Assembly: GCA_965205655.1 (NCBI GenBank)
Contig: CBDBIJ010000006.1
Location: 1 to 28,003, forward strand
Length of the DNA: 28,003 bases
Source of the DNA: Candidatus Latescibacterota bacterium
Lineage (GTDB): Bacteria; Latescibacterota; UBA2968; UBA8231
Direction: 5' to 3'
Shown piece by piece: positions 1 to 7,969 of this stretch. The position numbers and the translations under genes are program-made. Below the pieces are notes generated by a model. It ran no database searches and was not told the DNA's origin. It worked only from the letters and a program-made list of their open reading frames with translations. How positions within the stretch are numbered: the first letter of the stretch is position 1; each line of letters opens with the position of its first letter.

Positions 1-1
1 C

Positions 2-181
2 GCGGCCGGCTTCAATCTCGTCATATGCGTCTACTGCAAGCTGAGCGTCGTCAACGGTGTCCATACAACAGGCAATCTGCATCCAGCGACCAATGCTCTC
101 CATGAGCATGTGCTGCATACGTGGCTCAGTGACCATGCTTCGTACTGAAGCGACTAGTTGATGAATCGGTTCCTTGGCCAT
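2..181 (-). CDS. Hypothetical protein, N-terminal part (runs off the left edge)
   Basis: Manual translation from ATG at 181: MAKEPIHQLVASVRSMVTEPRMQHMLMESIGRWMQIACCMDTVDDAQLAVDAYDEIEAGR, open to the window edge. Starts 22 bp after the stop of the upstream gene (204), same strand. Confidence 0.65.
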   Translation of the reverse strand, partial: MAKEPIHQLVASVRSMVTEPRMQHMLMESIGRWMQIACCMDTVDDAQLAVDAYDEIEAGR

Positions 182-847
182 CGATTCTCGTGACCAGAGT
201 GCACTACGACTCGGGGCTCAGTGTGATCTCCTCGAGAAGGGAGAGAACATCACTCACGAGTATCATCGTTCGCACAGCATACCGATCAGCTTCGGTCCTG
301 CTTCTTATGTCGGCGTGTGAGCCCTTCTGGACGGCATCGAGGAGTGCATCAAGCCTGTCACCAGCAAACCGAAGGTCCGATCCCACGATCTCAGAAAACA
401 CTGCGGACTTAGCATTGTCCTCCATGAATGCCATCAGCCTATTGATGTAGTTCGATTTGCCGAGCCTCACAGTGACGGATTCGCCGTCGACCTCTCGCAC
501 TCGATCATCCGATTGCGCAGGAAAGACCCTATCCGCAAGATCCTCTAGTAGCCGTCGACATGCATGTACTGCACCTGACCAACTCGCGGGATTGGACGAT
601 CGCAGATCCGACTGAATAGACAGCAACCTTGGAAGAGCTTCTGGGAACAGCAGACCGCATGCACTCTCCAGGCGGTCACGGCTTCTTGCAAAGCAGTCGT
701 TCGCCTCAGCCGCCTCGAACCGAGCGTCGTGCAGGATGGCAAGATCGACCTCTGCCTCTACATCCCTGAGAGCCTGATGTCCGACATTGGCCAACGGCTC
801 GATCTCTCGAACTACCGTGATTTTGGATATGTAGTCCAGTCGCTCAC

Positions 848-2269
848 CTAGCAGCCCGTGGCTAAAGCCCCGTTTGGGAAGATTTGGGGTGGCCTGAGAT
901 TCGTGGTGCGAGTTGCCGCCAATGGCGACGAAAATCGAGCAGTGCCCGAGAGTTGAACCACGGGCGGCGACAAAGCGCGCCAAGGCGCGAAAACCTGAGT
1001 GATGAGAGACGAAATGAGGGAAAACGCCTTCCTCATACCCCTCGGAGTGCCCGCACCGAAGAGGGTGCGCATGAGGAGGCCGAAATTGCAGCCGCACACG
1101 TGAATGACGAGGCGTTTGAGGATGTTTTGTCGGCCCCGAAGAAACAGCCGTCGCATACCGCCGGTTTCGAACAGATGAGCATACGGGCGTTCGAGCAGCT
1201 CGCCGCGCTTACGCCGCAGCGCCTGCCCGCGGTTGCCGCGAATGCGTCGGCGATTGGCATACACCGCCTGTTGTGCTTCCGCTTTGTCCTTCCAATCTCG
1301 ACGCCCGCGATCCGGTTCGGAAATGTAGCTGCGAATGGCACTGGCTTTGAGATCGACCAGCACCTCGTTGCTGTGATACCCCTTGTCGGTGACGACTTCC
1401 GACAACGGTTTGGGATGCAGATGCTTCCTGGCCTCGGGATCCTGCGACACGGCCTCCACGTTCAATTCGGTTCGCACCAGCATCCACGGCAGCGATTCGG
1501 TGTCGCCTTCATCGGCACTCGGCAGACTCACGGCGACGATCGCCTGGGTGTCCATGTCCACCGCCGTCTCCACCTTGTGCGCCAGATGGGTGCGACGATC
1601 CTTCGTTTTGGTAATGCGGGCATCCGGATCGTGCGGGTGTTCCCAGTCCTTATTGGACGCTTTCTTCGGGCGCTTCTTGTCGATTCTGGCCAGATCCTCT
1701 CGCGTTGGCGTCTCGATGCCCGAGGCCTTGGCCAACTTCGTGAGAAACTCCTCGTAACTTTCGCCCGTGTCCCGGCGCACGATGCTGCGCATGGCGGCGT
1801 TGGCATCCAGCGTCGTGGCGTCGACGCCCAGCGTCTTCCCCTTCAGCAGGTTCGATGTGGCCAGCACCTTCAACACCCACTCGAAGACCTCATGATGCGT
1901 CTGGAAGTCGATCAGCCGGCGCGTGCGAGACACCGTCGAATGATCGGGCGTAGCCTTGTCGAGCTCGTAGCCGAGGAATGCCCGCAACGACAGCGAATCG
2001 GCGACGCGCCAGGCGATCTCACGCTCCGAGTCGATGCCTTCGAAATAGCCGATCATGAGCAGGCGGAAATAGACCCCGGGCGGGATGCCGGGCCGACCGG
2101 CGCCCTCGGCGTAAAACGTCGTGCACCGCTCTTCCACAAACTCGTCGAATCCGTGCTTGTCCAGCACCTCATTCAATCTCTTGTAAAAAGGATGTCCCGG
2201 AGCCCTCAGGTGCTGCGTCGCCACCCACAGCTGAGCTTGGCTCGCGCGCTTCCGTTTTCCCAACGCCAT
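848..2269 (-). CDS. IS1182-family DDE transposase, 473 aa
   Basis: Motifs GRPGIPP...IDSERE...PDHSTVSR (DUF772-like), GVDATTLDANA, TDKGY, ERPYAH. The stop codon lies in the left CTAG target copy. Confidence 0.9.
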   Translation of the reverse strand: MALGKRKRASQAQLWVATQHLRAPGHPFYKRLNEVLDKHGFDEFVEERCTTFYAEGAGRPGIPPGVYFRLLMIGYFEGIDSEREIAWRVADSLSLRAFLGYELDKATPDHSTVSRTRRLIDFQTHHEVFEWVLKVLATSNLLKGKTLGVDATTLDANAAMRSIVRRDTGESYEEFLTKLAKASGIETPTREDLARIDKKRPKKASNKDWEHPHDPDARITKTKDRRTHLAHKVETAVDMDTQAIVAVSLPSADEGDTESLPWMLVRTELNVEAVSQDPEARKHLHPKPLSEVVTDKGYHSNEVLVDLKASAIRSYISEPDRGRRDWKDKAEAQQAVYANRRRIRGNRGQALRRKRGELLERPYAHLFETGGMRRLFLRGRQNILKRLVIHVCGCNFGLLMRTLFGAGTPRGMRKAFSLISSLITQVFAPWRALSPPVVQLSGTARFSSPLAATRTTNLRPPQIFPNGALATGC

Positions 2270-2361
2270 GACAGCATCTCCCCTGCAAGGTTGATGCTCA
2301 AAGGTAAGGAGAGGCTCCTCATCCGCGCCGCAAGAAAATCACCGACTTTCACCACATGCTG
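852..2361 (-). mobile_element. IS1182-family (IS5-like) insertion sequence, 1510 bp
   Basis: Imperfect 16-bp terminal IRs CAGCCCGTGGCTAAAG (852-867) and CTTTCACCACATGCTG (2346-2361), 12/16 match. CTAG direct repeats at 848-851 and 2362-2365. Single transposase ORF. Confidence 0.9.
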
Positions 2362-2774
2362 CTAGGTCTTCGACCACCTCTGAGCAGACTGTCCGAAGGA
2401 GTGCCTTCAACTGGTCTGCAAGTTGCGGCGTTAGTGGCTGACCTGTTGTCTCCAGGACAGACCGGATCTCGTCCCAAACCTGAGATACACGGCCTCGAAT
2501 CTCGCCATCGAGAATCGATCGCAGGTGATCGTACGCAAAGCTACTGGCCACCGTGTTTCGGACAGCGAACTCATTCACCTTGCTCTCGAGGGCCTCTCGG
2601 ACATCGCCAGATCGAGAGCGCACGATCGATTCGATCTTTGTAATGAGGATGCTCTTGAGAGCATCAGGAAACCCCTTCAGGCTTGCCGTCACCGATGTCA
2701 TGGAGGTGTCTCCTGAGTCGCGCTTCCGACACGACACAACAGTCCTACGTCTGGTCTCCTACGTAACGTTGTCC

Positions 2775-2864
2775 ACATAACGCCCGCAATCACCGGGCCG
2801 CGACGGGTGATTGTCCATTTGGAAACGCCCGGCTTCGCGGCTCCGGTGCATTGCATTGTTATGC
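2775..2864 (-). other. Integron attC recombination site (90 bp)
   Basis: Minus strand: R'' GCATAAC (contains the TAA stop of the upstream gene), arm GCAAT-G-CACCGG-A-GCCGCGA, variable loop, arm TCGCGGC-CCGGTG-ATTGC, R' GTTATGT. Two extrahelical bases (plus-strand T2842, C2849) and an unpaired central spacer (AAT vs GGGC). Confidence 0.88.
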
Positions 2865-3461
2865 CTTTTTCGTCTTTTTGAAGCCAAAGCCCGGCTTTTC
2901 TTCGCGAACAAGCATGTCCATGAATTTTACAAATCGCCTCTGTCTGGTTTCGGGTTTCTTCGCACTTGTCAATCCGTACGCGATTACATAACGACTCGAT
3001 TTGTTGAGCGTTTCAAAAAACTGTTTCGCCTTCGGCTTGCTCTCCAGTGCTGCCAGAAAATCTGTTGGCACTTTCATTTCACTTGCCGCATAGGCGTTCT
3101 CCCACCGGCCGTCCGCTTTGGCGGCACGAATATGCACGAGCCCTGACTCCGTCATCCGGCCCTCGCTTATCAAACGCTCCGCATGCTCTCTGTTCCTTAT
3201 TGACCAGTTGCTTCGCGCTTTCCTGGGAGTAATTCGCTGGAAATAGGCTTGGTCATCGATTGACTTCTTGACGCCGTCGATCCAGCCCCAGCACAGTGCC
3301 TCAATCACGACATCGTCCCAAGTCACGCTCGGAATACCAGTCTTTTTCTTGAATATCTTCACCCACAGATCACTTTCGGTGGCGTGATTTACCTTGAGCC
3401 ACCGGCCGAAATCTTTCGGCGTTGCAAAGGTCATGATTCTCGCTGGATCGGGTTCAGGCAT
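2859..3461 (-). CDS. YdeI/OmpD-associated family protein (integron cassette gene), 200 aa
   Basis: Motifs WLKVNH, EALCWGWIDG, ITPRKARSNWS, VPTDFLAAL, AKKPETRQRR. More AT-rich than the core genes. Bounded by GTTATGCC upstream and attC downstream. Confidence 0.88.
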   Translation of the reverse strand: MPEPDPARIMTFATPKDFGRWLKVNHATESDLWVKIFKKKTGIPSVTWDDVVIEALCWGWIDGVKKSIDDQAYFQRITPRKARSNWSIRNREHAERLISEGRMTESGLVHIRAAKADGRWENAYAASEMKVPTDFLAALESKPKAKQFFETLNKSSRYVIAYGLTSAKKPETRQRRFVKFMDMLVREEKPGFGFKKTKKA

Positions 3462-3479
3462 GAAACTAGATTCTCTTCG

Positions 3480-3498
3480 GCATAACTATTACTTATCT
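3480..3498 (-). other. Putative integron attI core site
   Basis: Minus strand AGATAAG-TAATA-GTTATGC: degenerate L box, 5-bp spacer, R box. GTTATGCC is the exact complement of the cassette's own GGCATAAC. No attC-type left arm upstream. Confidence 0.55.
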
Positions 3499-3558
3499 GG
3501 ACGTCCTCTTTTTACGCCGACCCCGGCACGCCGGTTGCTCTCTCATCAAATCACTTAG

Positions 3559-5197
3559 CCTGAATAATTCATAAATTCGCTCAGGTTTGATCGGGATTCG
3601 GTAAATGATGAAGCACTGAGGCGTTTCTCGCTCAAGTGTGATTTTCGGGTCCGTGTTTCTTGGTCGTAGGTCGATGTGTCAGGCGGTGTTGCATTTCCTC
3701 CGGACAGACTGATCCCTTGGTCGTGCTGATGATCGATTTTTTGGTGCGTCGTCATCGTGCGCATTACGCGGTGTCGAGGTTGTAGACGATCAACCTCATC
3801 AAGTCCTTGAGCGGATATGACGTCGGAAAGTGAAAGCGCACCGTGGTGGTTTGCTCCCGTACTCTGGCGCCGATTTTGAGGACGCGGAGTTGGATCGTGT
3901 CGAAGTTGGACGTCGTCCATTGGGTAGCCTCGCATGCCGATATGTTTGATCGCGTGCACAAGCACATAGGCGGCGCTGTGCAGGAAGAGGCGGAATTGGT
4001 TTGCCGGGAATCGATGGCAGGAGGTCCGGTCGGAGTTCAGGAAGGTCTTGTGATTCTTGATGAACCCTTCCGATCGTCCGCGAGCACAGTAGACCTTCTC
4101 ATACAGAAACCTGGGCGTTCGGTTCCGAATGTTCGTGACCACAAAACGCGGGTTGGCCTTTCCTTGCGTAATCTCGGCCTTGTAGATGATCTGGCGCGGA
4201 CGGCTCCAGCTATCGGCCTGATAATCGAAGCGTGTAAAGAGCCGCACCGGCTTTTCGGTCTGCTCCGCCAGGGCGGCTGCCTGCTCCATCAGCGGTGCGC
4301 CGAGCGCTTTGAGCTTCTGGTTGACCGCTTGTCCGAGAATGAACGCTAGGCCGTATTCGTCGCACAGGTCGTGCACCTCCGGGGTGCTAAAGTGCGCGTC
4401 ACCACGCAAGGTGATCTGCACCTGCGGCCAGGCCATGAGGATATGATCCAGAACGCGTCTGAGAATCGCCGCGGCCTCGCGGCCACGGATTCTACGACCG
4501 GGTCGCAGAATGGTGGTGATCAACTTGCCTGTCTCTGCTTCGTAGAGATGGACGGGCAGGTAGCAGTACTCGTCATAGTAAGCGTGAAACAACGACAGTT
4601 GCTGTGAACCGTGCGTGGCATCATCCGTGTCATCAATGTCCAGGATGATCTTCTTCGGCGGCTTGTCGTAGGACTCGATGAATGTTTCCAGTAACGCGAG
4701 CCCGATTCGGTAGAGGTCCGTGCGGCTGATACTGTTCTCGAAACGAGACATGGTCGGTTGACTGGCCAGATCGGCTCCCGTCAGGGGGAGTCGATCGCAT
4801 GCTGCCTTCAGAGCCGGATCTGAACGCAGGTCGTTGCTGTCATTGGCGTCCTCGTACCCGCAGGCGATCTGGAAGACGCGCTGCTTGATGAGGTCGGTAT
4901 AGGTATGGTCGATATAGCTTTGATGTCGGCGATCACACAACGCCCTTACGATTCGGTCTACGATCCCTATCTTGGATTCCGCCTGCCGCAGGAGCAGGGC
5001 GCCCCCATCGCTGGTCGTCGTGCCGCCGTCAAAATCGGCTTCGATCTTCCTGCCCGAGATGCTTGCAAAGGATAACGTGATCTGCGACCTTTTCGTCGCG
5101 GTGTCCTCTCAAATGGTTGTTGTTTGTGTCCAACCCTAACTTAGGGCGAAACAACCAGTTGTACAAGAGGTCACCGCATTTTTATGAATAATTCAGG
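3559..5197 (-). mobile_element. IS1380-family insertion sequence, 1639 bp
   Basis: Terminal IRs CCTGAATAATTCATAAA (3559-3575) and TTTATGAATAATTCAGG (5181-5197), 16/17 match. Flanks TTAG (3555-3558) and CTAG (5198-5201) are not identical. Confidence 0.9.
3764..5099 (-). pseudogene. IS1380-family transposase (frameshifted, no canonical start codon)
   Basis: Reading upstream of 4940 gives FDGGTTTSDGGALLL. Motifs CGYEDAND, LASQPTMSRFEN, LDIDDTDD, LRGDAHF, YCARGRSE, ANQFRL. One extra base near 3926 shifts the C-terminus (TIQLRVLKIGARV) into ORF 3764-3967. The codon after the GAGAGGA RBS is GCG (5099). Confidence 0.85.
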
Positions 5198-5466
5198 CTA
5201 GCTGGGTCCTCAGCTCCTTCAGCTGCTCCTCCTGCTCGTCCGTCAGCTCGAGGGCTGCATGCACCCGCTTTCTCAGGTTTCCCCGCTTCGGATGAGCCTG
5301 ATCCGTTTCTCGCAGATCGAAGTCCGTGGCCTTGTCCGTCGCGCGCTGAGCGTCCGCCGGGCTTCCCGAGTACAAAATCATCGCCGCGATGATGAGATAC
5401 GCATTTTTCATGAGACATGGCTTTTTCATGAGACATGGCTTTTTCATGAGACATGGCTTTTTCATG
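5198..5466 (-). pseudogene. Secreted Spy/CpxP-like protein, 5' fragment truncated by IS1380
   Basis: ATG 5466 with GGGAGAG RBS. Signal peptide ending ADA-Q. LELTDEQEEQLKELR resembles the LTxxQ motif. The frame ends at the IS boundary. Confidence 0.6.
5404..5466. repeat. 18-bp perfect tandem repeat, 3.5 copies (TTTTTCATGAGACATGGC)
   Basis: Units at 5404, 5422 and 5440, partial at 5458-5466. Encodes MKKPCL x3 + MKN on the minus strand. Confidence 0.95.
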
Positions 5467-5506
5467 TCCGCTCTCCCGCTGAATTCCATCCAACTGTCTG
5501 TGCTGG

Positions 5507-5535
5507 TTAGACGCCTGAACCTTCCAGGCGTTTAA
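5507..5535 (-). promoter_or_regulatory. Putative ECF sigma-factor promoter
   Basis: Minus strand TTAAAC-N16-CGTCTAA, matching the AAC/CGTC ECF pattern, about 40 bp upstream of the Spy-like ATG. Confidence 0.45.
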
Positions 5536-5542
5536 TCATCTG

Positions 5543-7112
5543 TCAGGCCCGATATACCCTCTTGGAGGCGTCCACCTCTTCCTCCGGTCCCCCACGTCCA
5601 GCCATTTCGTCCAGAAAAGCCTGCCCCGATGCCTCGATCGCCGCCTTTTCCTCCCTAGATAGGTTGGGATAGAGGTTCATGAGCCGGCGGCGCAGGAACT
5701 GCTGCACCTTGTTGCGGCCATCCCTGTCGTCCGTGGCGGTGTTGTAGGTGCGGCGAATCCGCAACATGATCCGCAACCTTCGGATCTCGTTGTGAAACGG
5801 CGTCTCTTTCATGAGCAGACCTATGAGGGCGACCATGCATTTGAGACCGACCGCCGTCTTCAATCGCAACTCGCCATCATCCGAGTTGAGCCGGTCGGAC
5901 AGCTCATCCCTCTCGACACTTCTGAGATCGGCGACGAACTCCTCTTCGATGAGCCACTTGCCGATGGTCTCTCCGGGCGAATGGATGTGTCGGTAAGGCG
6001 GCATGTTTGCCGCCAGCATTCGCACTTCGTGGTCTTTGCGCTCCATGAGCGTGCCGAGGTTTTCGATCAGCTCGTCGTCGTCCTGCAGCGCGCTCGTCAC
6101 CCGTGAGAGATCGACGTCCGCTTCTTCCGAAGCCACCTGCGTTTTCCGTTCCACCAAAAACCTCAGGGCGTCGTCGCGGTTCTGGGGAATTCGGCTGAGC
6201 GCTTCGAAGGCGCCGATGTAATGAACGGAATGATCGACCGCCTCCCGAAGTCTCTGTTGAAGCTTCTCCCGCACGCTCTCTTCGATCTCAGCGCGAAGTC
6301 GATTCGCCTCCTCGTCGTCGATTTCTCCCTTGGCGAGCCGCTCGTCGATATCGTAGAGCGTGCGAAGATCGGTGACTTCCTCCTCGGTCAGCTTCTTGTC
6401 TTGCAGGTAGGCTTCCAGATTCCGCGGCGCGCGATCGATCTCCGCGTTCGCTGTCAGCTCGAACCTCTCCTTCTCCTGCTGAAGGCGTTCCTGCTGCTCC
6501 TCTTCGCTCGGCGGTGGTTCGTAGGCCGACCGCTCCGTCGGCTCCGCCGTTTGCGCCGCCCCTGTCGTGTGGACGGTGGCCATCGATGGCTGCGGGCGAC
6601 GGCGCGGCTGCTGACGGCGCTCCTTGGGGGGGGGCGGCCTTCAGCTTCTTGCCGTCGACGATGCGGATGATGGCTTTTTCGATCTTGGGATTGACACCGG
6701 TGGCTCCGACGTCCACTCCCATGCTCTCGAGAAAGATGGCGGTGCGGCCATCGCTGATCATCTCCTTGATCATGCCGTGTGCTTCCTCGACCGCACCTTC
6801 CTGCCCTTGCATGCGCTCCTCTACATCCTTGAAGTAACGCGTTACCGCGTTCTTGATCCCGAACGTAAGAAAGGTCTCCGGTTTCTCCTCGTTCACCATC
6901 TCGATCATCTTGATGAGCTCGAGCTTCATTTCCTTCGAAGGGGCTTCCTTGATCATCTTCTTGAAGTCCCGCACCATGGCGCGGAAGAAATGCTCGGTCG
7001 TGATCAACATTTCACCGCGTTGCAGGCGCGAGTCGATCCGCTGCCACAGCTCGAACTTGAGCTGGCTCGGCAGCAATTCGGAGGCGACAGAGTCTGTCGG
7101 GGCAGTCGTCAT
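5543..7112 (-). CDS. Hypothetical helical, charged protein (~522 aa) split by a frameshift, probably at a G9 tract
   Basis: ORFs 6288-7112 and 5543-6583 fuse if one G is removed from 6626-6634 (1569 nt), giving KKLKAAPPKERRQQPRRRPQPSMATVH. No family recognised. Confidence 0.65.
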
Positions 7113-7240
7113 GACAAGGCTATCGAATCTCTTCGGGTAGCTCGGCGAGAAATAGATGGCCGACGATTCATCGACTGTCTGCGTGCCTCTAAAATATACG
7201 AATATGGGCCCGCGGCAGACATTCTCCTAGATTCTGTACT

Positions 7241-7964
7241 CTGAAAGGCAGGCGCACTTCAGCCCAGGCACTTCGCCATCGGCCAAGACCGCCCGACACT
7301 ACCGGCCTCTACCATCTCGCCATTCGCCTGCCGAGTCGGCTGGAGCTCGCCCGCATCTTCAGGCGCCTCCACGATCGTAACTACCGGATCCACGGCTTTT
7401 CAGATCATCTGGTGAGCGAAGCCCTTTATCTCCACGACCCGGATGGCATTGGAATCGAGCTGTATTTCGATCAGCCACGGGAGCAGTGGCCGTGGCATGG
7501 CCACCAGATCTCCATGATCTCTGAGCCCCCTCGACACTGCAACCCTCCTCGAGGACCTTGCCGAAGATGCCGAACCCCAGCAGCGAATCCCTCCCGACAC
7601 CGTCATCGGACACGTCCATCTCCAGGTCTCCAGCCTCGAGCGAGCGGAGGCGTTCTACGCTGGTTTGTTGCAACTAAATGTGATGCAGCGAGATTATGAG
7701 GGTGCGCTTTTCCTCGCCTCCGGCGCGTATCATCACCATCTGGCCGTCAACATTTGGAACAGCGAGGGAGGCCGCGCTCCCCCCACGAATGCGGTCGGTT
7801 TGCGGGACTTTACTCTTACCGTCTCCGATCGGGAGTCGCTGCTCGAGGCCCGGAATCGCCTCGAGAAATCCGATGCCGACCTCGAGTTCACCACCGGTGA
7901 CGGCCTCAGAGCCATCGATCCGGACGGAAGTGTCGTGGAACTGGTCGTTCGCTCGGCGATCTGA
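7241..7964 (+). pseudogene. VOC/glyoxalase family protein (CatE-like), N-terminally truncated and frameshifted
   Basis: TGLYHLAIRLP, SDHLVSEALYLHDPDGIGIELY, then after +1 C at 7526-7530 IGHVHLQVSSLERAEAFY, FLASGAYHHHLAVNIW, DPDG. The first beta-strand/helix of domain 1 and a start codon were not found. Confidence 0.8.
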
Positions 7965-7969
7965 AAGCC

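Larger units (their letters stand above)
204..2701 (-). pseudogene. IS-interrupted gene (327 aa when restored); helical C-terminal domain resembling the HEPN-like C-termini of AbiTii-type proteins
   Basis: ATG at 2701 with AGGAG RBS. Removing the IS (852-2361) plus one CTAG joins ...EVVEDL to GERLDYISK... in frame (340+644=984 nt, stop at 204-206). C-terminal motifs WSGAVHACRRLLEDLAD, LGKSNYINRL, QKGSH, EADRY. Family assignment from recognition only. Confidence 0.8.

Noticed and set aside
848..1097. N-terminal 83 aa of track ORF 204..1097
   Set aside because: IS-derived read-in sequence; the real N-terminus is at 2362-2701.
884..2365. 493-aa plus-strand ORF spanning the IS1182 element and ending at the right CTAG
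   Set aside because: It is in exact antisense codon register with the transposase and has no motifs, typical of a GC-rich shadow ORF.
2743..2764. TCCTACGT direct repeat x2 in the cassette leader
   Set aside because: Only two 8-mers with no supporting promoter evidence; could be chance.
3555..3763. C-terminal extension of track ORF 3555..4940
   Set aside because: Product of the +1 shift near 3926; the family-like C-terminus ends at 3764.
5404..5466. Possible CRISPR array
   Set aside because: Head-to-tail 18-mers without spacers, and no cas genes.
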